DNA of 64,000 nucleotides from Bacillota bacterium (GTDB lineage Bacteria > Bacillota > Clostridia > Christensenellales > CAG-138), in assembly GCA_023451115.1 (NCBI GenBank), contig JAEXFV010000154.1, positions 4,944 through 68,943 of the forward strand. Reading direction: 5' to 3'. This document shows positions 48,754-58,227 of this stretch, in pieces (position 1 is the stretch's first letter; the number at the start of each line of letters is the position of its first letter). The position numbers were made by a program, and so were the translations under genes. The notes below the pieces were generated by a model, which was given only the letters and a program-made list of their open reading frames with translations, had not been told where the DNA came from and did not search any database.

Positions 48754-49341
48754 ATGCGGAAAGCTACCATCCAACGGGATACATCCGAAACCCATATTTC
48801 CCTCACCATTGACCTGGACGGGCAAGGAAAGGGGGAAATCCAAACCGGGGTAGGGTTTTTCGACCATATGCTCAACCTGTTTGCCAGGCATGGCTGCTTT
48901 GATCTGGCAGTGTGTTGCAAAGGGGATGTGGAGGTGGACGCCCACCATACGGTAGAGGATGTGGGGCTTGCCCTTGGCGCGGCCATGAAAGAGGCTTTGG
49001 GGGATAAGCGGGGGATCCGCCGGTATGGGGAATGCCTGCTGCCTATGGACGAAGCGCTGCTGCAGGTAGCATTGGATCTATCCGGCAGGCCGTATCTGGG
49101 CTTTTGTGCGCAGTTACCGCCGGGTGCCATGATCGGCGCTTTTGACGCCCAGTTGGCAGAGGAGTTTTTCCGGGCGCTGGTTGTGCAGGGCGGGATTACC
49201 TTGCATATCCGGCAGGTAAGCGGAGTGAACCTGCATCATATCGTTGAGGGCATGTTTAAAGCCGTAGCCAGGGCGTTGCGGGGGGCAGTGGAACCGGATC
49301 CCCGGGTTACCGGGGTGCCCAGCACCAAGGGTGTGTTATGA
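48754..49341 (+). CDS. hisB: Imidazoleglycerol-phosphate dehydratase
   Basis: RDTSETHISLTIDLDG, GFFDHML, DAHHTVEDVG and NLHHIVEG motifs. RBS GAAGGAGG. Track ORF trimmed to ATG 48754. Confidence 0.9.
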   Translation: MRKATIQRDTSETHISLTIDLDGQGKGEIQTGVGFFDHMLNLFARHGCFDLAVCCKGDVEVDAHHTVEDVGLALGAAMKEALGDKRGIRRYGECLLPMDEALLQVALDLSGRPYLGFCAQLPPGAMIGAFDAQLAEEFFRALVVQGGITLHIRQVSGVNLHHIVEGMFKAVARALRGAVEPDPRVTGVPSTKGVL

Positions 49342-49967
49342 GCCAAGGCCGTTGCATCATTATTACCGCATATTTGCCTGGGGGTGTGGCAGGGTTATTC
49401 CGGCCTGCCCCGGGTGATTTTTTGCTGTGCGCAGATGGGGGATACCGGCTGGCGTGCCAGGCAGGGCTCACGCCGGATGCCTTTATTGGGGACTTTGATT
49501 CCCTGGAAGAGAGTCAGATTGATTGCCCGGACTGCATCCGGGTCCCGGTGGAAAAGGATGATACGGACACCTTGCTTTGCCTGAAGCATGGGCTGGAGCT
49601 GGGTTATGGTGATTTTGTGATTTTGGGCGGCCTGGGCGGGCGGCTGGATCATACGGTAGCCAACCTGCAAACCCTGGCTTTTGCCCAGCAGGCAGGAGCA
49701 AAGGCGCGAATACTGGATTGGGAAAACCAGGCGTTTTTGCTGGCGCCGGGAGAGCATCATATTCCAGCGAAAAAAGGTTATAAATTTTCCATCTTTGCCT
49801 GGACGCAAGAGTGCACCGGCGTATATGAGCGCAATTTGCAATACCCTTTGACAGACGCTACCCTTACCCAGCACTTTCCCCTTGGCGTAAGCAATGTGTT
49901 TATGGGGGATGAGGCGGTTGTTTGCCTGGGAACAGGGCTGTTGCTGTGCGTGCTTTCCAAGTACTGA
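49338..49967 (+). CDS. thiN: Thiamine diphosphokinase
   Basis: GDFDS, KDDTD and GGLGGRLDHTVAN motifs. ATGA overlap with the hisB stop codon. Confidence 0.8.
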   Translation: MSQGRCIIITAYLPGGVAGLFRPAPGDFLLCADGGYRLACQAGLTPDAFIGDFDSLEESQIDCPDCIRVPVEKDDTDTLLCLKHGLELGYGDFVILGGLGGRLDHTVANLQTLAFAQQAGAKARILDWENQAFLLAPGEHHIPAKKGYKFSIFAWTQECTGVYERNLQYPLTDATLTQHFPLGVSNVFMGDEAVVCLGTGLLLCVLSKY

Positions 49968-50079
49968 GCCATACAACGAATCAGACAAACCAAATATTGG
50001 GCCATTTCTAAATGAAATAATGTGGTATCATGGATACAATTCAGATGCATTTCACAGCTAGGCTTGAGGAGAAAGCGAG

Positions 50080-50742
50080 GTGTGCCAATTGTTGCGCATG
50101 TTGATCGTGGAGGATGAAAAGCCTATTTCAGAATTGATCCGCATGAATTTAAGCGACCGCGGCTTTCGATGCGATTGCGCTTATGATGGGAAGCAGGCGG
50201 CGGATTTGATTGAACGAAACCGGTATGATTTAATTTTGCTGGATATTATGCTGCCGGAAATTGACGGCTACGAGCTCATGGAGTATATCAAACCCATGGA
50301 TATGCCGGTGATTTTTCTTACGGCAAAGTCCGGCGTAGCGGATCGGGTAAAGGGCCTGCGGCTGGGCGCGGATGATTACCTGGTAAAGCCTTTTGCCATA
50401 GTGGAGCTGCTGGCCCGGGTGGAAACCGTGTTGCGCCGCTACCAGAAAACCGGAAGCAGCATCCGCTGCGGGGATGTGGAGATCAATACTGAGAGCCGAT
50501 GGGTAAAGCAAAACGGCAGGCAGGTGGAACTGACCCCAAAGGAATACGAGCTGCTGTTGCTGTTTGCACGCAATAAAAACATTGCGCTGTTTCGAGAAAC
50601 CATATTTGAGCGGGTATGGCAGGCGGAATATCTGGGAGACAGCCGCACAGTGGATTTGCATGTGCAGCGCCTGAGAAAAAAGCTGGGTTGGGAGGACAGG
50701 CTCAAAACCGTGTATAAGGTGGGATACCGGCTAGAGGAATAG
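50080..50742 (+). CDS. OmpR-family response regulator
   Basis: LIVEDE, LDIMLPEIDG and a winged-helix C-terminus (LTPKEYELL...RTVDLHVQRLRKKL). Start is GTG 50080 or ATG 50098. Confidence 0.9.
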   Translation: MCQLLRMLIVEDEKPISELIRMNLSDRGFRCDCAYDGKQAADLIERNRYDLILLDIMLPEIDGYELMEYIKPMDMPVIFLTAKSGVADRVKGLRLGADDYLVKPFAIVELLARVETVLRRYQKTGSSIRCGDVEINTESRWVKQNGRQVELTPKEYELLLLFARNKNIALFRETIFERVWQAEYLGDSRTVDLHVQRLRKKLGWEDRLKTVYKVGYRLEE

Positions 50743-50837
50743 CGGCATTCCCCAATCAGAGGAGTTTGGAATTTGAGCAAAGCGCTAAAAAAGGCCTTCC
50801 CTTTTTGCCCGCCTGATGCTGGGGAAAGCAGGTTTGT

Positions 50838-52253
50838 ATGAAATTTTGGGTAAAAGTGTTTTTGGCTACCGTTGCTGTGATGGCAGCCGCTTTTGGAGCC
50901 ATTGGATACGCATTGGTCACAGCCTCTTTCCAGTCTACCCTGTCCCGGGAAGAACAGCGCGCCTTGGAAAGCGGCCGTATGGTGCAGGTGGTTCTGGAGG
51001 CCAATGCGCAAATTTATACGTCTCAGACTTCCCTCCCGGACGACGGCGTTTTGGGGGCGTTGATGGAGCGGGTTGCTACAGGAGATTTTGCTACCGCCCG
51101 GCTGTATGGCAGGGACTATGGGCTCATCTGGGGGAAGCAGGGGGAGCCTCCTCTGGATTTACTGCAAGGCGCCGCGTACGGCCAGGCGCATGTGATCCGG
51201 CAGGAGGGAGAAACCTACTGGGTGGAAACCGCGACCCCAGTAACTCTGGCAGGCAGAGCCTGCTTGCTGTATACCCGGCAGGACGTGAGTTGGGTATTTC
51301 AGCAACAGGACGCCATGTTCCAGAGCTGCGCTATCATTACCGCGCTGGCATTGGGGATAGCAGCGGTTATAATGGCGGCGGTATGCGGCATTTTAACACA
51401 GCCCATCCGCCAGCTCTCGTTGGCAACGAAAAAAATTGCCGCTGGAGAGTACGGAAAACGGGCCCCAGTGATGAGCCGGGATGAGGTCGGCGCGCTGACC
51501 AGGGATTTTAACACTATGGCGGATGCGTTGGAAAAACATATAAAAGAACTGAAAGAGGAAGCGCGGCGGCGGGAGGATTTTGTTGCCAGTTTTGCCCATG
51601 AGCTGAAAACCCCGCTTACCTCCATCATTGGTTATGCGGATATGTTACGTTCCCAGGAATTGCCGCCGGAGCGGGCGTTTTCCTGCGCCAATTATATCTT
51701 TAAAGAGGGGAGGCGGCTGGAGAGCCTGTCTCTGAAGCTGTTGGAACTCATCGTGCTGGAGCGCCAATCCTTCCCCACTAAACCTGCAAACGGCAGGCTG
51801 CTTTGTGAGAGCGCTGCCGCTGCCGCCGGGCCTGCCCTGAAACAGAAATACGGGGTCATCCTCCAGTGCCATGCCCAGGACGGCATTGTGCTGGCAGAAC
51901 CCGATTTGTTGATCACGCTGCTGGTGAACCTGCTGGATAATGCCGCCAAAGCATCCGTGTTTGGGCAATCCGTGCTGCTGCAGGGAAAGGTGGAGGAGAA
52001 CGATTATGTGTTCCAGGTAGCGGATACAGGCCGTGGCATTCCACAGGAGGAGCTGCAAAGAATAACTGAAGCATTTTATATGGTGGATAAATCCCGTGCC
52101 CGACAACAAAGCGGTGCAGGGCTGGGACTGGCCCTTGCGGCCCAGATTGCCCGGCTGCATGGCACGCAATTGGCATTTGCCAGCGAGCTTAACAAGGGAA
52201 CTACAGCCAAAATCGCTTTGGCACTGGCCTCCGGGGAGGAAGCGCATGGATAA
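50838..52253 (+). CDS. Sensor histidine kinase (two TM helices, HAMP, HisKA, HATPase_c)
   Basis: HAMP-like region, H-box SFAHELKTPLTSI, N-box LLDNAAKA, G-boxes DTGRGIP and GAGLGLAL. Confidence 0.9.
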   Translation: MKFWVKVFLATVAVMAAAFGAIGYALVTASFQSTLSREEQRALESGRMVQVVLEANAQIYTSQTSLPDDGVLGALMERVATGDFATARLYGRDYGLIWGKQGEPPLDLLQGAAYGQAHVIRQEGETYWVETATPVTLAGRACLLYTRQDVSWVFQQQDAMFQSCAIITALALGIAAVIMAAVCGILTQPIRQLSLATKKIAAGEYGKRAPVMSRDEVGALTRDFNTMADALEKHIKELKEEARRREDFVASFAHELKTPLTSIIGYADMLRSQELPPERAFSCANYIFKEGRRLESLSLKLLELIVLERQSFPTKPANGRLLCESAAAAAGPALKQKYGVILQCHAQDGIVLAEPDLLITLLVNLLDNAAKASVFGQSVLLQGKVEENDYVFQVADTGRGIPQEELQRITEAFYMVDKSRARQQSGAGLGLALAAQIARLHGTQLAFASELNKGTTAKIALALASGEEAHG

Positions 52254-53055
52254 AAAACGCATAATACATTGCCGGCAAGCCTGGCTTCCGTATGCCTGCT
52301 GCGCCTTATTAACGGCAGGTATTGTGGCGGTTAGCCTGTTTTTGCCGCAAATCATTGCCAAACGGCAGCGGGCACGGCTGGTAAACGTAGTGTCTGCAGA
52401 AGCGATAGCAGCCTCTGATACGGCAACACAGCAAAAGGAGAAACTGCGGTTGCTGCTGTTGATGGCTACCGGGGGAGAGCGCGTGGAAAAGTCCACCCTC
52501 CAGGCCCCCCAGGGGAGCGCCCTTTCTCCCCAACAGGCCCAAAAACGTGGTATGGCCGTGCTGCAGGAACTCATGGCGGCCGGCATACTCCTGGAGCAAA
52601 CCCAATCCGGCGGCATAGAGCTGCCTGTGTATGGGGAAAAGGAAGCGGTGGCAGGGCATTCCCAATACTATTGTCTAACGGATTTGGGCACAGGGGAAGT
52701 CTATGGATATTACCTGCTCCTTTACCGGGATTCGTCCATTGGTGATGTGGGGCAGCTGACGCTGGATGCGCAAACAGGACAGCTGCTGCAGCTGGAAATG
52801 ACCTATGGCAACCGCCGATACCATGATATCCCGCCGCAAGAGCTGGCAAACGCCGTGGCAGAGTATCTGGGGCAGGGCGAGATGGACCCGGCAAGCGGTT
52901 CCGCTTCCGGCATGTTTTATACGGGTACGCTGCACCAGGGGGAATATACCCTGCAAGTTGGCAGCAAAAACTCTGCGCCAGGCGGACTTTCCATCTGGTG
53001 GTATCCCAAGGGGATGGAGGCGCCGTATCAGGATTATTATGAGGGACGGTGGTAA
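52246..53055 (+). CDS. Hypothetical membrane-anchored protein (269 aa) co-transcribed with the two-component system
   Basis: ATG 52246 overlaps the kinase stop codon by 8 nt, with GGGGAGGA upstream. Single N-terminal TM helix (ACCALLTAGIVAVSLFL). No family recognised. Confidence 0.5.
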   Translation: MDKKRIIHCRQAWLPYACCALLTAGIVAVSLFLPQIIAKRQRARLVNVVSAEAIAASDTATQQKEKLRLLLLMATGGERVEKSTLQAPQGSALSPQQAQKRGMAVLQELMAAGILLEQTQSGGIELPVYGEKEAVAGHSQYYCLTDLGTGEVYGYYLLLYRDSSIGDVGQLTLDAQTGQLLQLEMTYGNRRYHDIPPQELANAVAEYLGQGEMDPASGSASGMFYTGTLHQGEYTLQVGSKNSAPGGLSIWWYPKGMEAPYQDYYEGRW

Positions 53056-53728
53056 AGTGCAAAAAGGGAAAAAGACGCTGCTTGCAGTTTTGGCAGGCGG
53101 GCTGTTGTGCTTTGCTATGGGGTGTACGCTGCCGGGCTTTACCACCCAGGCGCCTCCGGATTTTAGCTGGCAGGTGCGTACAGCTTCGGATTTGCCTGCC
53201 CAGCCGGAGGTTACGCCTGTGCCGTTGCCGCAGGGCTTTTTGGGCCCGGAATATACCGTGCGTTACGAAGAAGATGTGGACCTGGATGGAGACGGGGAGG
53301 CGGAGCGGCTTCGTATTTGTTGGCAAACCGGTTTGCGGGCGGGGATGTACCTCTGTGTGGAGGAAGCGGTTGCCCAGTTGCCCCCCAACACCCCCTGGAA
53401 CTATATTTGCACTCTGGTAGACCTGGACCAGGCAGACGAATTTTTGGAAATTGCGGTTTATGAAGTGGACTGTACCCTGTTTTACCGATACATGGACGGC
53501 GTGTTTTATGAAATGGGGGAACTCTATGGCTGCCTGGCGGGGCAAAAGGGGCTGCAAAACGTTAGCATTTTTCCAGATGGAAATGGGGAGATTACCGTGC
53601 AAGAACCGGCAGGGTCACAAAGTTACTGGGAATGCCGCTATGCCATAGAAAACCACAGGCTGGTGCCAATGCAAGAGCCGCGGCTAATGGAAATGGCGCC
53701 TGCCCGAGAGCTGGAAAAGACGGAATAA
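53039..53728 (+). CDS. Hypothetical lipoprotein (about 225 aa)
   Basis: Lipobox LLCFAMGC. Start is ATG 53039 or GTG 53057 and overlaps or abuts the preceding gene. Contains a DLDGDGE motif. No family recognised. Confidence 0.5.
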   Translation: MRDGGKVQKGKKTLLAVLAGGLLCFAMGCTLPGFTTQAPPDFSWQVRTASDLPAQPEVTPVPLPQGFLGPEYTVRYEEDVDLDGDGEAERLRICWQTGLRAGMYLCVEEAVAQLPPNTPWNYICTLVDLDQADEFLEIAVYEVDCTLFYRYMDGVFYEMGELYGCLAGQKGLQNVSIFPDGNGEITVQEPAGSQSYWECRYAIENHRLVPMQEPRLMEMAPARELEKTE

Positions 53729-53736
53729 AAGCACAA

Positions 53737-53764
53737 AAACGGAGAGGCGGTTTCCTCTCCGTTT
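53737..53764. terminator. Bidirectional intrinsic terminator
   Basis: AAACGGAGAGG-cggttt-CCTCTCCGTTT, with T-rich flanks. Confidence 0.75.
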
Positions 53765-53792
53765 GCTTTTCTTTTCAGTTACCGGCAAAGCA

Positions 53793-54425
53793 TCAGCAAT
53801 CATGCTCCAGAGAATTGATGCGATAAGCCAGAACATACATGCTGTCGCTTAAATGCACATTTTCCACCGGAACAGGGGCGGTTACCGTAGTAGGCACAAA
53901 ATTCCAAATTCCTTTGATGCCTGCGGATACCATAGCGTCCGCAATGGACTGGGCCGCTCTGCGCCGGGCGGAGATCACGCCGATTTCAATGTTGTGTTCC
54001 CTAATAAAATCTTCCATCTGGTCAATATGGTAAATGGGCCTGCCGCTGATTTCCTGGCCAATCAATGCTTCGTCCACATCGAATAGCGCGCAAACAGAGA
54101 ATCCCTCCTGGGCAAATCCTTCATAGTTGCACAAGGCCTGCCCAATGTTTCCTGCGCCTGCGATAATAATTTTATGGGTGCGGTCTAAGCCCAATATAGC
54201 GGCAATCTCTTTGTGCAGGTTTTTTACATGGTAGCCATAACCTTGCTGGCCAAACCCGCCAAAGCAGTTTAGATCCTGGCGTACCTGGGAAGCGTTCAAA
54301 TTCATTTGCTCAGCCAGGGCGCTGGAAGAAATCCGTTCCACATCATTTGCAGAGAGCCACTCCAATTGGCGGTAGTATTTGGGTAGCCGGCGAATGACGG
54401 CTTCGGATACCCTGCGGTCCTTCAT
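53793..54425 (-). CDS. rex: Redox-sensing transcriptional repressor Rex
   Basis: IRRLPKYYR, GFGQQGYGY and the Rossmann motif IIAGAGNIGQAL. RBS AAGGAGG. Confidence 0.9.
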   Translation of the reverse strand: MKDRRVSEAVIRRLPKYYRQLEWLSANDVERISSSALAEQMNLNASQVRQDLNCFGGFGQQGYGYHVKNLHKEIAAILGLDRTHKIIIAGAGNIGQALCNYEGFAQEGFSVCALFDVDEALIGQEISGRPIYHIDQMEDFIREHNIEIGVISARRRAAQSIADAMVSAGIKGIWNFVPTTVTAPVPVENVHLSDSMYVLAYRINSLEHDC

Positions 54426-54655
54426 AGGTATTCCTCCTTAATGGGTATACGCTTACAAGACAGTGTAAACATAATTAATTTCTTTGGTTTTATTATAATC
54501 TCAGCGTCCGCGCGGTTCAAGGCTTCTGGAAGAAACTTATTTTATGTATACACAAATTTCTGTTAAAAAGAAAGAAATGAAATATGGGTTGATTTTATGT
54601 AATGTTTACAGGATAATAGCAAGTAGCATACGCAGGAAAGTGGAGGAAGGATAGC

Positions 54656-55228
54656 ATGAAGCTTTTGCAGGACCGCATTGCGGCAGAGGGACGGGTTTTG
54701 CCTGGGCAAATCGTGAAGGTTGACGGTTTTTTAAATCATCGCATTGATATCGCGCTGATGGAGGAAATGGCTAAGGAATTTAAACGGCTGTTTCCGGATC
54801 CTAAAATCAATAAAATCCTAACGGTGGAGGCCTCCGGCATTGCATTGGCGGCAATTACTGCTCAGGTATTCCATGTTCCCATGGTCTTTGCAAAAAAAGC
54901 GAAAAGCGACAATATTGAGGGCGGATTATATCAAAGCGATATTTTTTCCTATACATACAAGAAAAAAGTAACTTTGCTGGTTTCCAAAGACTGGCTTCAG
55001 CCGGATGACTGTGTGCTGGTGATAGACGATTTCCTGGCCAACGGAGAAGCGCTGCGGGGCCTGCTTGAAATCGTGGAGCAATCCGGCGCAACGCTGATGG
55101 GCGTAGGCGTTGCGGTGGAAAAAGGTTTTCAGCCCGGCGGCGATAAGCTGCGGGAACAGGGGATTAACTTGAAATCCCTGGCGATCATCGAAGCGGCTAC
55201 TCCAGAAGGAATTACATTTCGGGAATAA
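54656..55228 (+). CDS. xpt: Xanthine phosphoribosyltransferase
   Basis: MKLLQDRI...VDGFLNHRID, the PRPP motif VLVIDDFLANG, and 190 aa. Confidence 0.9.
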   Translation: MKLLQDRIAAEGRVLPGQIVKVDGFLNHRIDIALMEEMAKEFKRLFPDPKINKILTVEASGIALAAITAQVFHVPMVFAKKAKSDNIEGGLYQSDIFSYTYKKKVTLLVSKDWLQPDDCVLVIDDFLANGEALRGLLEIVEQSGATLMGVGVAVEKGFQPGGDKLREQGINLKSLAIIEAATPEGITFRE

Positions 55229-55269
55229 ATACCGCGGGTATGAAAAAGCAAACCTCCATACAATGATGT

Positions 55270-56064
55270 ATGGAGGTTTTTATTTTGAAAATAAAAGGCG
55301 TGCAACAAGGGATCAATCAAATATGGCCGCTTTGGCAGCTGCATATCAAAAGCGGAATCGGAGCAAAGCTTTGGGCTTTGCTCCTGCAAGGGGCAAGCGC
55401 TGCCTGCTATGCCTTTGTGTTTGGCACGCTGCTGGGCATATTGGGGCAGGGAGACAGCCTGCGGCAGTACCTCCCCTTCCTGCTGTGCGGGTTGGCGCCC
55501 TGGTTCTATTACCAACGGGCAATGAGCGACGCTGCCCAGTGCCCAACAGCGCTAGCCCCTCTCATTCGGTTCCAGCGCTGCTCCATACCGGTTTTGTGCT
55601 GGAGCGCGGTGTTAGGACGCATGCCCTTGTACATACTATGGGTAGGGATCGCGCTCATCGCCAGATGGATTTTATTGGGCGCCGTCCCTTTGAGCGCCTG
55701 GCTTTGCATGTATTACTTGGGGTGTGGTGCGTTAAACGCTTTTGCGCAAGGCCTTTTGGGAGCGGTATTCTCTCCTTTTTTTGGAGATGTGCAGGGAGGG
55801 CTCCGGGTGATGCTGGTGGTATTGTTTTGGACTACGCCCATCCTGTGGCCGGCAGAATTGCTCCCACAAGCGGTGCGGGTATTGTTATCCCTCAACCCGC
55901 TCTATTATATTGTGGAGGGGTTAAGAGGGTGCATTCTGGACGGGTCGCCCTGGCTGGGATGGCAACAAACACTATGGTTTTTTGGCATTACTATTGCAAC
56001 CATGGCAGTGGGGCTGTGGTGCGCCTGGCGCTTAAAAGACCGATATTTTAAGGAGTCATCATGA
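55270..56064 (+). CDS. ABC-2-type (Wzm/TagG-like) polysaccharide exporter permease
   Basis: Six predicted TM helices and an LNPLYYIVEGLR motif typical of ABC-2 permeases. The start may be TTG 55285 (GGAGG 8 nt upstream). Confidence 0.65.
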   Translation: MEVFILKIKGVQQGINQIWPLWQLHIKSGIGAKLWALLLQGASAACYAFVFGTLLGILGQGDSLRQYLPFLLCGLAPWFYYQRAMSDAAQCPTALAPLIRFQRCSIPVLCWSAVLGRMPLYILWVGIALIARWILLGAVPLSAWLCMYYLGCGALNAFAQGLLGAVFSPFFGDVQGGLRVMLVVLFWTTPILWPAELLPQAVRVLLSLNPLYYIVEGLRGCILDGSPWLGWQQTLWFFGITIATMAVGLWCAWRLKDRYFKESS

Positions 56065-57770
56065 GCATATTTGCAGGCAAAAAGTCTACCCCTCAATCCG
56101 CTTCATGCGGGGAAGACAATCGGTATTCCGCTTACCGAAAGCTGGTAGCCCCGTCGCAAGGGGAGCTGGAACGGCAGCGCAGAGAGCCTTTTCCAGCCCA
56201 TGCCCCGCGTTGGAGTATCATTTGTGGGGCAAAAAATTTAAACGGTATTGCAAACACGTTGGAGGCTTTGCAAAAGCAAACCTATCCCAGGTGGGAGCTT
56301 TGTGTGGCTGGGGAAGAAACGGCAGACAGGGAGATTGCAAAACAGGAGGGCGTGCGGCGCTCCGGCGTGCGCCAGGGAGAAACGCCTGTACAAGCTGCAT
56401 TGCGGCAGGCCAATGGCACCTATTATTTGTTTTTGGCCCCAGGAGACCAGTTGCGGGAGGACGCGCTGTATCATTTTTCTTATGCCATAGCCACGGGGCA
56501 GGATGTGGACTTGATTTATGCGGATGAAGACTGTGTGGATAGCAGGGGGAAACATGACAGTCCCTGGTTTAAACCGGATTATGCCCCGCACACCCATTTG
56601 AGCCTGCCCTATTTTGGGCGCATGATGGGAATTTCCAGGCAGGTGTTCCAACAGTGCGGCGGGTTGCAGGATATGCATCCTGCGTCCCAGTATGATTTTC
56701 AGCTTCGGGCGGAAGAGATGTCCCGGCGCATTCTCCATGTGCCAAAGGTACTGATGAGTTGCCGAATGCCCCGGCTGATCGACCGGCCCGTAGACGTTTC
56801 ATCCGGTAAACGGGCGCTGGATAGAGCCCTTAGCCGCAGACAAATATCAGGATGTGCCTGCGGCGGGATGTGGCATGGCAGCTTTTCTATTCAATATGGA
56901 TTAAAGGGAACGCCTAAAATCAGTGTAATAATATTGGATCAATATGGGTTTGCGCCTTTGCGGAGATTGCTGGAATCCCTGGAGGAATTCAGCGCCTATG
57001 AGCAATATGAATTGATTGTTATCAGCGATGGGCGGCAGGATGCCATGGCCCACCGTTATTATGAGGCGCTGCGGCGCAATGCGGCAGCCAAGGTACTGGA
57101 CGGCCCGGGACAAGGAGGGCCTGCATCGCTGTATCGGTTTGCCGCCAGCGAAGCACAGGGAGAAATCCTGCTGTTTCTCAGCAGCAGCCTGGAGTTGGAA
57201 ACACCGGACGCCCTCTACCATATGGCTACCCTTGCCCAGCAAAAAAACGTGGGGGCGGTAGGCGCGAAAATCGTCACGGTAGACGGCAGGATTTGGAGCG
57301 CCGGCACAGTAGTCGGGTTGCAAGGGTGGGCAGGCCATCTGTATCAGGGGGCACAAGAACGCTGCAACGATGCGCTACAACGTCAATTTACCCAAATCAT
57401 TCGCAATGTTACGGCGGTATCTGGGGAGTGCCTGATGGTAACCAAAGAGGTATACCGCCAGATTGGCGGTTTTGACCCTTCCTTTACCCAGGTCGGGTGG
57501 GATACAGAGTTCTGCCTGCGTCTGCGGGAGAAAGGATACTATACGGTTTATACCCCATATGCAGGCTTTATCAAGCATGAGCTTTCCAAAGATTTTCCCC
57601 TGCCCACCCAAAACAATTTAATGCGTTGTATTGATGCTTACCGCCCCATGCTGGTACAGGGGGACCCTTACTTTGGGCCACAATACGATTATCACAGTCC
57701 TATCCCGGTACTTGCCCTGCCGCCGCAGCCCCCTTTGGAGCTGAATCCAGGGGCCAAATCTGGCGTGTGA
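56061..57770 (+). CDS. Glycosyltransferase with two GT2 (GT-A) modules
   Basis: Module 1: WSIICGAKN...YLFLAPGD...YADED. Module 2: ISVIILDQY...LIVISDG...LLFLSSS. ATGA overlap with the permease stop codon. Confidence 0.75.
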   Translation: MSIFAGKKSTPQSASCGEDNRYSAYRKLVAPSQGELERQRREPFPAHAPRWSIICGAKNLNGIANTLEALQKQTYPRWELCVAGEETADREIAKQEGVRRSGVRQGETPVQAALRQANGTYYLFLAPGDQLREDALYHFSYAIATGQDVDLIYADEDCVDSRGKHDSPWFKPDYAPHTHLSLPYFGRMMGISRQVFQQCGGLQDMHPASQYDFQLRAEEMSRRILHVPKVLMSCRMPRLIDRPVDVSSGKRALDRALSRRQISGCACGGMWHGSFSIQYGLKGTPKISVIILDQYGFAPLRRLLESLEEFSAYEQYELIVISDGRQDAMAHRYYEALRRNAAAKVLDGPGQGGPASLYRFAASEAQGEILLFLSSSLELETPDALYHMATLAQQKNVGAVGAKIVTVDGRIWSAGTVVGLQGWAGHLYQGAQERCNDALQRQFTQIIRNVTAVSGECLMVTKEVYRQIGGFDPSFTQVGWDTEFCLRLREKGYYTVYTPYAGFIKHELSKDFPLPTQNNLMRCIDAYRPMLVQGDPYFGPQYDYHSPIPVLALPPQPPLELNPGAKSGV

Positions 57771-57793
57771 TACCTATTTTTTTCATTTGGGAC

Positions 57794-57822
57794 TTGACAG
57801 ATGAATGAAAACCCGGTATCCT
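57794..57822 (+). promoter_or_regulatory. Promoter candidate for the tRNA gene
   Basis: TTGACA (57794-57799), 17-nt spacer, TATCCT (57817-57822). The tRNA starts 15 nt downstream. Confidence 0.4.
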
Positions 57823-57836
57823 GTAAAAGCAGTCTT

Positions 57837-57912
57837 GCCCAGTTCGTCTAGTGGCCTAGGACGGTGCCCTCTCACGGCACAAACAGGGGTTCGATTCCCC
57901 TACTGGGTACCA
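57837..57912 (+). tRNA. tRNA-Glu (anticodon CUC), CCA encoded
   Basis: Folded by hand. Acceptor GCCCAGT/ACTGGGT (G1-U72). D stem GTCT/GGAC. Anticodon stem GTGCC/GGCAC with loop CU-CUC-AC. T arm AGGGG-TTCGATT-CCCCT. Discriminator A plus CCA. Confidence 0.9.
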
Positions 57913-57913
57913 T

Positions 57914-57950
57914 ATCGGAACAAGCTTTTTGTCGCTTGTTCCGATTTTTT
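57914..57950 (+). terminator. Intrinsic terminator after the tRNA
   Basis: ATCGGAACAAGC-tttttgtc-GCTTGTTCCGAT followed by TTTTT. Confidence 0.8.
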
Positions 57951-58227
57951 AAATTGCAACAAGCGTTACGCTGCCCTCTCCATATCAGTATCATAATATG
58001 GAATTGTTGCTATTCAGTTTTAAGGATATCCTTACGTACCCATTTGCATGGATCGTTCTATTTGCATCATGCCTTGCTACAGACAGCTGGTTTCTTCATT
58101 TCCTGCATCATGATTTTCAATACCTGGGAGATTTTTTCACGGCAATATGGATACAAAAAAGATTTGTTAAGTGGTAAAGTATATCACATACGCAGTCATG
58201 TAAAAAACGCAAAGGAGATAGAGCAAG

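Noticed and set aside
1247-53602. Many long antisense or alternative-frame ORFs inside confident genes. Examples: 1247..2158, 2609..3481, 15498..16508, 16860..17804, 22233..23303, 23337..24161, 51645..52616, 52571..53602 and 55263..56051.
   Set aside because: They are shadow ORFs typical of high-GC coding regions. They fully overlap genes with clear family motifs, lack RBSs, and have Arg/Pro/Gly/Ala-rich low-complexity products.
54426-54655. Purine riboswitch upstream of xpt, and a Rex operator in the rex-xpt divergent region
   Set aside because: I found no UAUAAU...GUUUCUACC...CCGUAAA...GACUAUA-like purine aptamer core. I also found no TTGTGAA-N4-TTCACAA / TTGTTAA-N4-TTAACAA palindrome by eye.
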